Positions 1 through 8,074 of a stretch of DNA of 24,633 nt are shown here, in pieces. The stretch lies in the NCBI GenBank assembly GCA_040222015.1, contig JAVJWO010000127.1, positions 1-24,633 on the forward strand, given 5' to 3'. The stretch is from Coleofasciculus chthonoplastes F2-STO-03. GTDB lineage: Bacteria; Cyanobacteriota; Cyanobacteriia; Cyanobacteriales; Coleofasciculaceae. The position numbers and the translations under genes are program-made. The notes beneath the pieces were generated by a model. The model was given only the letters and a program-made list of their open reading frames with translations, ran no database searches and had not been told where the DNA came from. Numbering within the stretch: position 1 is the first letter of the stretch; the number at the start of each line of letters is the position of its first letter.

Positions 1-157
1 TTGCAACCCAACTCGGAAAGACAAAACCCCAAACTTAAACAAAGGGCGGGTTTTGCAACCCAACTCGGAAAGACAAAACCCCAAACTTAAACAAAGGGCG
101 GGTTTTGCAACCCAACTCGGAACAACAATTTATATTAGTCCCTAAACCCGCCCCTAC
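1..157. repeat. 52-bp tandem repeat (2 full copies plus a partial third) ending in a REP-like inverted repeat
   Basis: Units start at 1, 53 and 105 (TTGCAACCCAACTCGGAA...AGGGCGGGTT). GGGCGGGTTT at ~96-105 pairs with AAACCCGCCCCTAC at 144-157. Confidence 0.9.
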
Positions 158-257
158 TCCAAACTATATGCCGTGAACAGTCAGCCACTCCCTCTAGAGA
201 ATATCCCTAATTCTCTCCCCTAGTCCTATCCCATCCGCTATCAAACCAGCAACGAGA

Positions 258-797
258 ATGCCAACTCAAACTATTGAAATTCTCTCCCCTGAAGAACTGC
301 GCCGCACTGTCACTCGTTTGGCATCTGAGGTGATTGAACGCGCCGGAGATGTGTCTAAACTTGTTCTTTTAGGCATTTATACTCGCGGAGTTCCCCTCGC
401 CAAGCTGCTAGGACGGCAAATTGAAATGTTAGAACAGGAATCAGTAGCGGTAGGCGCGATCGATATTACCTTCTACCGCGATGATTTGGATCAGATTGGT
501 GTCCGTACCCCAGCGAAAACTGAGATTTCCTGTGATCTTTCTGGCAAAATTGTGGTATTGGTCGATGATGTTATCTATAGTGGGCGCACGATTCGCGCCG
601 CCCTAAATGCGGTGAATGAATACGGTAGACCTGAAGTGATTCAGTTATTAGTTCTGGTCGATCGCGGACATCGGGAGTTACCGATATGTCCAGACTTTAC
701 AGGCAAACAGCTACCCACCTCTAGAGACGAACAAGTTAAGGTTTACCTGCAAGATTTTGATGGACGAGATGCTGTGGAGTTAATCAAAGTCTTCTAG
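258..797 (+). CDS. pyrR: Bifunctional pyrimidine regulatory protein PyrR / uracil phosphoribosyltransferase
   Basis: Motifs [14 protein letters not shown], the PRPP-binding [11 protein letters not shown] and DRGHRELPI. Confidence 0.95.
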   Translation: MPTQTIEILSPEELRRTVTRLASEVIERAGDVSKLVLLGIYTRGVPLAKLLGRQIEMLEQESVAVGAIDITFYRDDLDQIGVRTPAKTEISCDLSGKIVVLVDDVIYSGRTIRAALNAVNEYGRPEVIQLLVLVDRGHRELPICPDFTGKQLPTSRDEQVKVYLQDFDGRDAVELIKVF

Positions 798-860
798 TGT
801 ATCGTTTGCTGAAACCTGCTGCCAACTCTGCTCTCCTACCCTATTCTCATTTTCCAGCAC

Positions 861-1889
861 ATGACAGAAACCCAAACGCGCAAAGCCGATCACATCAGAA
901 TTTGTCTCAATGAAGATGTGCAGTTTAATCAAATCACCAATGGATTAGAACGCTATCGCTTTACCCACTGTTGTTTACCGGAAATTGACCGCCATGAAAT
1001 TGATCTCTCTACCGAGTTTCTGGGTAAAACCTTAGGCGCACCCTTGCTAATATCCTCCATGACTGGGGGAACCCAACAGGCGCAAACGATTAATTTTCGT
1101 CTGGCTGAAATTGCCCAAACGTATCAATTAGCTATGGGTGTGGGTTCCCAGCGAGTCGCCGTGGAGAATCCCCAAGTAGCAGATACCTTTGCCGTGCGAT
1201 CGCTAGCACCGGATATCCTGTTATTGGCGAATTTGGGTGCAGTTCAACTTAATTACAGTTACGGCTTGGATGAATGCTTGCGCGTGGTGGAACTTTTAGC
1301 CGCCGATGCCTTAATCTTGCATCTCAATCCTTTACAGGAATGTATTCAGACGAACGGAGATACAAACTTTCGCGGCTTACTTGACAAAATACACAAATTG
1401 TGCTGCAAGTTGCCTGTACCTGTGATTGCCAAAGAAGTCGGCAATGGCATCTCAGCCGCCATGACACAGAAACTCCTCGACGCTGGTGTTAGCGCCATTG
1501 ATGTCGCAGGTGCAGGGGGAACATCTTGGGCAAAAGTTGAAAGTGAACGAGCCTTAAATCTCAAGCAACGTCGTTTAGGACAAACCTTTGCCGACTGGGG
1601 ATTACCCACAGCCGATTGTATCACCAGTATTCGAGACATTGCCCCGTATGTTCCCCTAATCGCTTCCGGTGGATTACGCAATGGGTTAGAGGTTGCCAAA
1701 GCGATCGCGCTGGGTGCAGATTTAGCTGGATTAGCATTTCCCTTTCTCCAAGCCGCATCCGAGTCTACAGAGGCGGTGGATGAACTCGTCGAATTATTAA
1801 TCGCGGAAATAACTACTGTACTTTTCTGTACAGGGAATGCCAATCTGTCTCAACTCAGGCAATCTGACGCCTTAAAGAAGTTAGGATGA
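861..1889 (+). CDS. fni: Type 2 isopentenyl-diphosphate delta-isomerase (FMN-dependent)
   Basis: Motifs RKADHI, SSMTGG, GVGSQR, HLNPLQE, KEVGNG, GAGGTSW and ASGGLRNG. Confidence 0.95.
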   Translation: MTETQTRKADHIRICLNEDVQFNQITNGLERYRFTHCCLPEIDRHEIDLSTEFLGKTLGAPLLISSMTGGTQQAQTINFRLAEIAQTYQLAMGVGSQRVAVENPQVADTFAVRSLAPDILLLANLGAVQLNYSYGLDECLRVVELLAADALILHLNPLQECIQTNGDTNFRGLLDKIHKLCCKLPVPVIAKEVGNGISAAMTQKLLDAGVSAIDVAGAGGTSWAKVESERALNLKQRRLGQTFADWGLPTADCITSIRDIAPYVPLIASGGLRNGLEVAKAIALGADLAGLAFPFLQAASESTEAVDELVELLIAEITTVLFCTGNANLSQLRQSDALKKLG

Positions 1890-2094
1890 ATGCTTGTAGT
1901 AGGCACGAAGCGTGCCATCAGCGATGACAGCGCTTACTACAAACTCTAAATTCAGCGACATTCAAGTTAGGATGAATGTTGCTAATTTAAGCCTTTTTGG
2001 ATCACCGTAACCCTTGATGTACCGTAGTACCGTAGGGTGGGTTTCGACTTCGCTCAACCCACCAGCCTTAATTCAGTACCATTCAAGTTAGGAT
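1878..2094. repeat. Three copies of AAGTTAGGAT(GAATG) separated by REP-like hairpins
   Basis: Copies at 1878-1892, 1964-1978 and 2085-2094. GTAG-initiated palindromes at 1896-1940 and 2032-2063. Confidence 0.7.
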
Positions 2095-2321
2095 AGAGGC
2101 AGTTGTCCGTCAGGATAGCTATAGTTTCTTAGTCTGACACTCAGCGCTGGTTAAAACAAGTCCATACAGGAAAGCCTATAACGGAGCAACCCATTAATCA
2201 ACTCAATCCACGAACTAGGAAACTTGACTCTCTGTTAAACTCTTATCATAAATCCATTGGAAACGCTTCAGACAACAACTAAACATAAACAACAGATAAA
2301 GAATAACGGATAACCCCAAAA

Positions 2322-4136
2322 ATGCGTAAATTTATTACCCAAACCCTTGCCAGTATGTTGGGTAGCCTACTTGGTTTTACCTTATTTTTCGGTATTGGTA
2401 CCGTTGGACTCATCAGTTTAATTATTACCGCCGCATCCAGAGATACTGGACCCCAAGTCAAAGATAAATCAATACTGGTTTTTGACTTATCCTTAACGGT
2501 TCGGGATACCGATCCCACATCTAGCACCAGTCGAGCGATTGAAGAAGCACTATCTGGAGAAGAAACCGACACGATTACATTACGCACGGTTGTCGATACC
2601 TTAAACGCGGCGGCGGCGGATTCCCGAATTGTGGCGCTTTACCTGGATGGATCACAGACAAGCACCAGTAGTGGTACAGGATTTGCCACGCTAAAAGAAG
2701 TCCGAGAAGCATTAGAACGGTTCAAAGAAAGCGGCAAAAAAATTATTGCTTATGATGTGGATTCAGGAGAAGGAGAATATTATCTGAGTTCAATCGCCGA
2801 TACAATTGTCCTCAATCCCATGGGCAGCCTGGAAATGAATGGCTTTAGTTCTCAGCCCATGTTTTTCACGGGGGCTTTAGAAAAATTTGGGATTGGGATT
2901 CAGGTGATTCGGGTGGGTAAATATAAGTCAGCAGTGGAACCCTTTGTCTTGAAAGAATTGAGTCCAGAAAACCGACAGCAGATCCAAGCGTTACTAGAGG
3001 ATTTGTGGTCAGAATTTCGGACAACGGTGGGGAAAAGTCGTCAAGTAACGCCCCAACAACTACAAGCGATCGCGGATAATCAAGGTATTGTCTTAGCCTC
3101 GGATGCGATCGGACGCCGCTTAGTCGATAAAGTGGGGTATTACGATGAAGTCATCGCTCAACTTCAGGAACTCACGGGTGAACGTGAAACCGAGAAATCC
3201 TTTCGTCAGATTCGGATATCTACCTATGCCGACATTGCCGATAAACCTAGACATCAACAGGCTTCTAAAAATAAAATTGCCGTCCTTTATGCCAGTGGTG
3301 AAATCGTCGATGGTGAAGGAAGTGTCCAAGAGGTGGGAGGGGAATCCTTTGCCGCACAAATGCGGAAATTGCGCCTTGATGATTCAGTAAAAGCTGTCGT
3401 CTTACGAGTGAATAGTCCGGGAGGTAGTGCTACGGCGTCCGAGATTATTCAACGGGAAGTTAAACTCACTCGCGACTCCAAACCTGTAATTATTTCCATG
3501 GGAGATATTGCTGCATCGGGGGGATATTGGATTTCCACCTATGGTAACCGGATTTTTGCCGAACCCAATACAGTAACCGGTTCGATTGGTGTGTTTGGAT
3601 TACTGATGAATGTCCAGCAAATTGCCAACGAGAATGGGATTACGTGGGATGTCGTCAAAACAGGACGTTTCGCAGATACCCAAACCGTTTCTCGTCCCAA
3701 AACCCCCCAAGAGTTAGCCCTGATTCAAAACATAGTGAATCAAGTTTACTCTAAATTCTTGGACAAAGTGGCTGAGTCCCGTAAGTTACCCAAAGATAAA
3801 GTTGCTCAAATTGCTCAAGGGCGAGTGTGGTCAGGTATTGATGCGAAACAGTTGGGATTAGTCGATGAAATTGGTGGACTCGATGATGCAATTGAGTATG
3901 CGGTTAAAGAGGCAAATTTAGGTGAGGATTGGAAATTAGAAGAATATCCTCGTTTCCAAACTTTGGAAGAACGTCTGATTCAAGAATTTGTAGGAAATGA
4001 TAGTAATAAAACGCAACAGACTGATCCATTAATGGCAGAGTTTATGAAATTGAAAGAGGATTTAGCTATGTTACAGGCGCTGAATGATCCAAAAGGGATT
4101 TATGCGCGTCTACCGTTTAATTGGCGGTTCGATTGA
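2322..4136 (+). CDS. sppA: Signal peptide peptidase SppA (protease IV, 67K type)
   Basis: N-terminal TM segment and two S49 domains, with motifs GKYKSAVEP, RVNSPGGS, AASGGYW, TGSIGV and GRVWSG. Confidence 0.95.
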   Translation: MRKFITQTLASMLGSLLGFTLFFGIGTVGLISLIITAASRDTGPQVKDKSILVFDLSLTVRDTDPTSSTSRAIEEALSGEETDTITLRTVVDTLNAAAADSRIVALYLDGSQTSTSSGTGFATLKEVREALERFKESGKKIIAYDVDSGEGEYYLSSIADTIVLNPMGSLEMNGFSSQPMFFTGALEKFGIGIQVIRVGKYKSAVEPFVLKELSPENRQQIQALLEDLWSEFRTTVGKSRQVTPQQLQAIADNQGIVLASDAIGRRLVDKVGYYDEVIAQLQELTGERETEKSFRQIRISTYADIADKPRHQQASKNKIAVLYASGEIVDGEGSVQEVGGESFAAQMRKLRLDDSVKAVVLRVNSPGGSATASEIIQREVKLTRDSKPVIISMGDIAASGGYWISTYGNRIFAEPNTVTGSIGVFGLLMNVQQIANENGITWDVVKTGRFADTQTVSRPKTPQELALIQNIVNQVYSKFLDKVAESRKLPKDKVAQIAQGRVWSGIDAKQLGLVDEIGGLDDAIEYAVKEANLGEDWKLEEYPRFQTLEERLIQEFVGNDSNKTQQTDPLMAEFMKLKEDLAMLQALNDPKGIYARLPFNWRFD

Positions 4137-4145
4137 GAAAAGAGA

Positions 4146-4313
4146 AAAGTAGGCGATTAAAATCGCTGCTACACAAACCAAGTCCGCCTGCGCGGACTGG
4201 ATTATAAAAGGAGTCGTTAACCCCGATTTTGTATAAGGAAAGTAGGCGATTAAAATCGCTACTACACAAACCAAGTCCGCCTGCGCGGACTAGATTATAA
4301 AAGGAGTCGTTAA
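4146..4313. repeat. Tandem pair of a 75-bp dispersed palindromic repeat (period 93 bp)
   Basis: 4146-4220 and 4239-4313 differ at 2 positions. Internal hairpins GCGATT..AATCGC and AGTCCGC..GCGGACT. Related copies near 18969 and 21970. Confidence 0.9.
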
Positions 4314-4416
4314 ACCAGCCTTAAGTCTTTAAGTTGGATAAATCATAAAAGAGTTTTGATTGTAGAGACGTAGCCTGCTACATCTTAGTTTTAAGTTTGA
4401 ATAAAAAGAGCCAACG

Positions 4417-4569
4417 ATGCAACTTGAAGACTATTTCAATATTCTCACCCATTGGTTAGAGTGGGGACAAAAAAGGAGGCAAGAACAACGACGGAATCCA
4501 TCACCTGTGGTGAGAAACCTCATGCAATTAAAGGCGGGAAAAAGAACATTATGTCCAGAAAATCTGTAG
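4417..4569 (+). pseudogene. Internally deleted DUF433-family (putative antitoxin) gene remnant
   Basis: Manual translation gives MQLEDYFNIL-THWLEWGQKRRQEQRRNPSPVVRNLMQLKA. Both termini match recalled cyanobacterial DUF433 proteins, but the central domain is absent. Confidence 0.7.
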
Positions 4570-4646
4570 GGTGCGTTAGCGTAGCGTAACGCACCATTAC
4601 CACTGGAGGAGCTTTAGATAACCAATATCAAGACCAAATTATTTAT

Positions 4647-5183
4647 CTACCCATTTGAATTTTTAGAAATGTTTTCGTTAAAAGCGTTTCTCAAGTCTAA
4701 AGCCTGCTCCATATTAGTCAAAGAATCATGGTTTAAACTTTCTGAAGAGGATGTAGTCGGTATGCGTAGATTAAACGCGATTACTATTTGATTATTCTCC
4801 ATACTAATATTACTGATATTAACTACGCTCTTTTCCGGCAACAAATCACTGACGGCTAAGTCAGCAGGTGACTGAGCTTTATAGCCTGCCTCCTCAAGCC
4901 ATTCTGTAATATTTCTCCAATTTTCTATTTTTTCATTACATTTGTTTACCAAACTTTTAACATATCGATACAAAGTGGCACAAAGATCGGTTTCCACTCC
5001 CTTAACATTCTTACCCAGCTTTTCGGCTATTTCCGTCGGACTATAACCGCAAAGCAAACCCCGCAAATGTAGCTTCTCAACGGGTGTCAGACGTTTGCCT
5101 TTAGCCGAAGCGAGGTCTGTATACAGCGTGTCCAAGTCCCAGTGGTTTGACGCCTGGGTAAACTGCTCATCGGTGGATGCCAT
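4647..5183 (-). CDS. Cyanobacterial helix-turn-helix protein (LuxR-like HTH), putative regulator
   Basis: LTPVEKLHLRGLLCGYSPTEIAEKLGKNVKGVETDL fits an HTH pattern. Intact 178-aa ORF. Confidence 0.7.
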   Translation of the reverse strand: MASTDEQFTQASNHWDLDTLYTDLASAKGKRLTPVEKLHLRGLLCGYSPTEIAEKLGKNVKGVETDLCATLYRYVKSLVNKCNEKIENWRNITEWLEEAGYKAQSPADLAVSDLLPEKSVVNISNISMENNQIVIAFNLRIPTTSSSESLNHDSLTNMEQALDLRNAFNENISKNSNG

Positions 5184-5436
5184 AGTTGAAGCACTCTAAA
5201 TTACTGATGTGATCCTAATATAAATCCTGATGTGTGTCAGGGAATGGCTAGTTAAATTTAGCTTATTATAAAAAAATAAACTACACAAACGTCTGAGGTC
5301 TAGAGCCGAAAGACATACAGTAGCTTGCAATCACGTAAGTTCGATTCTTTCACCTCTTATCTCTTCCCTTTAATCTATGTGTACTGCATTCAAGTGAAAA
5401 CTACTGTATTTTGAATGTATTTTAGCTAAAATAGCT

Positions 5437-5940
5437 ATGGATGATCAAAGTAGACTTCTCAATGCCTTCTTAAAACTTCCAGATAATCTTTCTCTAGAAA
5501 AAGCAGAAGTTTTATATATTACTAAGCAAACCTTAAGGTTTGGAGATGATGTTTATCAATTCAAAAATATTACTGGATTTGGTGTTGGACAAATCAAAGT
5601 AATGATTCCATTCTCATTAATTATTATAGTGTTTATATTTGGGGTGATTATCAGTTGGTGGTTGAGTAGACAATGGGGAAATATCACAATAATTATTTCT
5701 TGTTTGGCGGCTATATTTAGTTTCACTCAACCCAAACAGTATGGTTTGCAAATTTACCTAAACTCTGGCGACAAAAAACTGTTTGTTACGAGTAATACAA
5801 AATGGCTAGAAAGAGCTGTAAGTAGATTGTATGATTTTATGGAAAACGCTCCAGAGGGAGATTCTATGACTATTGAAATTGGAGGAAATATTCACGGCAA
5901 TATTATACAGGGAAGTAACATAGAAGGTCGCAATCATTGA
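5437..5940 (+). CDS. DUF6232-like protein with two TM helices and a G/N/I/Q-rich C-terminal tail
   Basis: ITKQTLRFGDDVYQFKNITGF, two hydrophobic helices, then YGLQIYLNSG, matching the recalled DUF6232 architecture. Confidence 0.65.
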   Translation: MDDQSRLLNAFLKLPDNLSLEKAEVLYITKQTLRFGDDVYQFKNITGFGVGQIKVMIPFSLIIIVFIFGVIISWWLSRQWGNITIIISCLAAIFSFTQPKQYGLQIYLNSGDKKLFVTSNTKWLERAVSRLYDFMENAPEGDSMTIEIGGNIHGNIIQGSNIEGRNH

Positions 5941-5994
5941 TACCCTACATTTGGATGATTGATAAAGTTTAATGAAATTGAGAGGAATTTTGAT

Positions 5995-6387
5995 ATGCCA
6001 GATCACTCAATCAGCATTAGTGGAAATGCAACAGGTAATATAATACAGAGTAGTACGGTTAAAGGAAATGTCTCAGCAGCTATTAACGAACTACCTGCAT
6101 CTAAAGACTCGGAGCAACCAGGAATAAAAGAACTGCTGATTCAGCTACAGACGGCTATTGAAACTGAACCCAGTCTAGATGACAAGAAAAAACTTAAAGC
6201 ATTAAAACAAGTAGAAGTCTTGGCAAAAGCGGCTGAAATTCCCCAAGAGGGAGAGAAAAAAGAACAAGCCGAAGATGCCTTGACCATGCTGAAAGGAATT
6301 TTCTCTAGCTTACACATGGGGGCAACGTTGTTTCTAGCTTGGAATAAATTAAAGCCAATGTTGTCTCAGCTATTTGGACTTGAATAA
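5995..6387 (+). CDS. Small helical protein with an N-terminal G/N-rich motif. The module is recalled from the C-termini of cyanobacterial pentapeptide-repeat and similar proteins.
   Basis: ATG at 5995 with SD GAGAGGA at 5980-5986 (ORF track starts at TTG 5959). INELP...PGIKELLIQLQTAIE...ALKQVEVLA...LSQLFGL. Confidence 0.7.
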   Translation: MPDHSISISGNATGNIIQSSTVKGNVSAAINELPASKDSEQPGIKELLIQLQTAIETEPSLDDKKKLKALKQVEVLAKAAEIPQEGEKKEQAEDALTMLKGIFSSLHMGATLFLAWNKLKPMLSQLFGLE

Positions 6388-6421
6388 TTTATTGAGATAA
6401 AAAAACAGTCCTCACCCTGAC

Positions 6422-7366
6422 TCATTCTTGTCCCATGAACTCGGTTAACTTCTGTTGATCAATCCAATCGGCAACAACAGAGACAAGAGCAGCCGTTGAC
6501 TCATAAGGTAAAACATTGCGACCCGGAATTTTACACCCCTGACCTTGGGGCAAATGCTTGATATAGTAATCTAAGCGTTGCTCTGGTGTTTCTAATTTAC
6601 CCTCGCGACTGATACTGCTGGCTTCTTCGCCTACTACCACAAATGTCGGTTGCTGAATGGAAGCAATAACCTGTTGATAGTCTTGTCGCCAAAACCCAGA
6701 TAGGAACGAAAAAACGGCGTGGCGACTAGCGGTATCAGCAGCACCTTTTCTGAGACTGTCTAACCATTGTTCATCAATATCGTCTGGTTCAGCAAATAAC
6801 TGCTTTGAGGAAAACGAACGCAAAAATTGACGGCGACGGGCGTAGCGATAGAATAAACGACCAAACGGCGAATCAAACAGATTCCAGGCAAGTTTGTGCT
6901 TCAACGTAGAGGTTTCCTGAGTCATTACAGCCCAAGACGGTGGACCCGATAATACGAGTCCTTTAACATAATTAGATGCCTCTGGCAACTGGACTAGAGA
7001 AAGTGCTACAGGTAATTCTGCACCTTGCACCACTATAATGGCAGGTTTTTTGACAATAGTCTGTAAAAAATAATTTAACTGTTGCGCCCAATCCGTAGGA
7101 TGATAAGCAACATGGGGCATATCACTATTACCACATCCGAGTAAGTCAGGATTATAGATGGGTTGAGAATATCCTGCTTTATACCACTGTTGGCAAAAGC
7201 GATGCCAAAACCAACCTGATAATCCGACGCCAATCGGATGCAGTAACACCAATGGGGTATCGCTAGCCTGATTCGGCTGATAATAGTCGTAAGCACAACG
7301 ATAATTACGCCAACTGTAAAACTCAGTTGTTGCTGACGGGATGGGGGAATTTGAAGTAATCGTCAT
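6422..7366 (-). CDS. Alpha/beta fold hydrolase
   Basis: LVLLHPIGVG and PDLLGCGNSD. The nucleophile elbow is atypical (VVQGAE) and the His site is replaced (GRNVLPYE). Confidence 0.85.
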   Translation of the reverse strand: MTITSNSPIPSATTEFYSWRNYRCAYDYYQPNQASDTPLVLLHPIGVGLSGWFWHRFCQQWYKAGYSQPIYNPDLLGCGNSDMPHVAYHPTDWAQQLNYFLQTIVKKPAIIVVQGAELPVALSLVQLPEASNYVKGLVLSGPPSWAVMTQETSTLKHKLAWNLFDSPFGRLFYRYARRRQFLRSFSSKQLFAEPDDIDEQWLDSLRKGAADTASRHAVFSFLSGFWRQDYQQVIASIQQPTFVVVGEEASSISREGKLETPEQRLDYYIKHLPQGQGCKIPGRNVLPYESTAALVSVVADWIDQQKLTEFMGQE

Positions 7367-7481
7367 AAAAAGCCAACAGTCAACAGTAATAAATTATGTA
7401 GGGGCGGGTTTAGCCACTCAAACAACTTGTCATCAATAAATGAACAACAAAACTTACCCTAACTTATTAATAACATATCAA

Positions 7482-7784
7482 CCTACATTCCGCAGATATT
7501 TAAACAGGATTCATGGCGATAAACTTTAACAAATAAAAGCCCCAAATGCTTGCCCAGTAAAATGAGGCGGTGAAAAATCAGGTCAAAAAATTAACAGACA
7601 GACCGACAATGAGAGGGATATTTCAGATGTTTCAAGCTATGCAGTTAGTGACTGTATCCGGAGAGCGATACGTCAACGAACAAAAAAACAACATAAACAC
7701 AATAATTGTTAGACCTATTGATTTTGTCGGAGTGAAATTTTTATGCCTTCCTAATGCTCTCAGTCAGGATCTGCGGAATGTAGG
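7482..7784 (+). mobile_element. Internally deleted IS1634-family element (non-autonomous, 303 bp)
   Basis: Perfect 16-bp TIRs CCTACATTCCGCAGAT (7482-7497) and ATCTGCGGAATGTAGG (7769-7784). Internal frame KNQVKKLTDRPTMRGIFQMFQ resembles the C-terminus of IS1634 transposases. Confidence 0.8.
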
Positions 7785-8074
7785 ATACAAACCCCAAAAC
7801 TACTGCTTTTGTCAAGGGAATTCATGTTAAGAAAGATATGAGTAATGTATAGCTTTGAAAGGGTGAGGGACTGGAGTAAGGGTGAGCTTTGAAAGGGGGG
7901 ACTAGCGATCGCACTAGACTGGCTACATGCATAATCAACCCTCAACCCCAGTCCAGTGATAGACCGAAAGTTGTTTATTTATCGTTCAAGTCGTGATCAT
8001 TTTGATATAATCTTCGTCTAATTCGGCTAGGTTGGATAACCTAATCGATATCGAGTTGGCAATCAAATTTACAG

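Noticed and set aside
1..157. CRISPR array
   Set aside because: The units are identical head-to-tail with no unique spacers, and there are no cas genes in the window.
158..257. PyrR attenuator leader
   Set aside because: No recognisable PyrR-binding loop or terminator/antiterminator, and no pyr biosynthetic genes follow.
1346..3390. Antisense and alternate-frame ORFs inside fni and sppA, and similar ones inside agcS, tex, arsM and acr3
   Set aside because: They overlap well-supported genes and show no recognisable motifs.
4146..4313. Mini-CRISPR or tRNA
   Set aside because: The 75-bp unit with an 18-bp gap does not fit CRISPR geometry, no cloverleaf is evident, and copies are dispersed.
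7570..7830. Functional 86-aa protein
   Set aside because: It is a transposase fragment reading through the right TIR.
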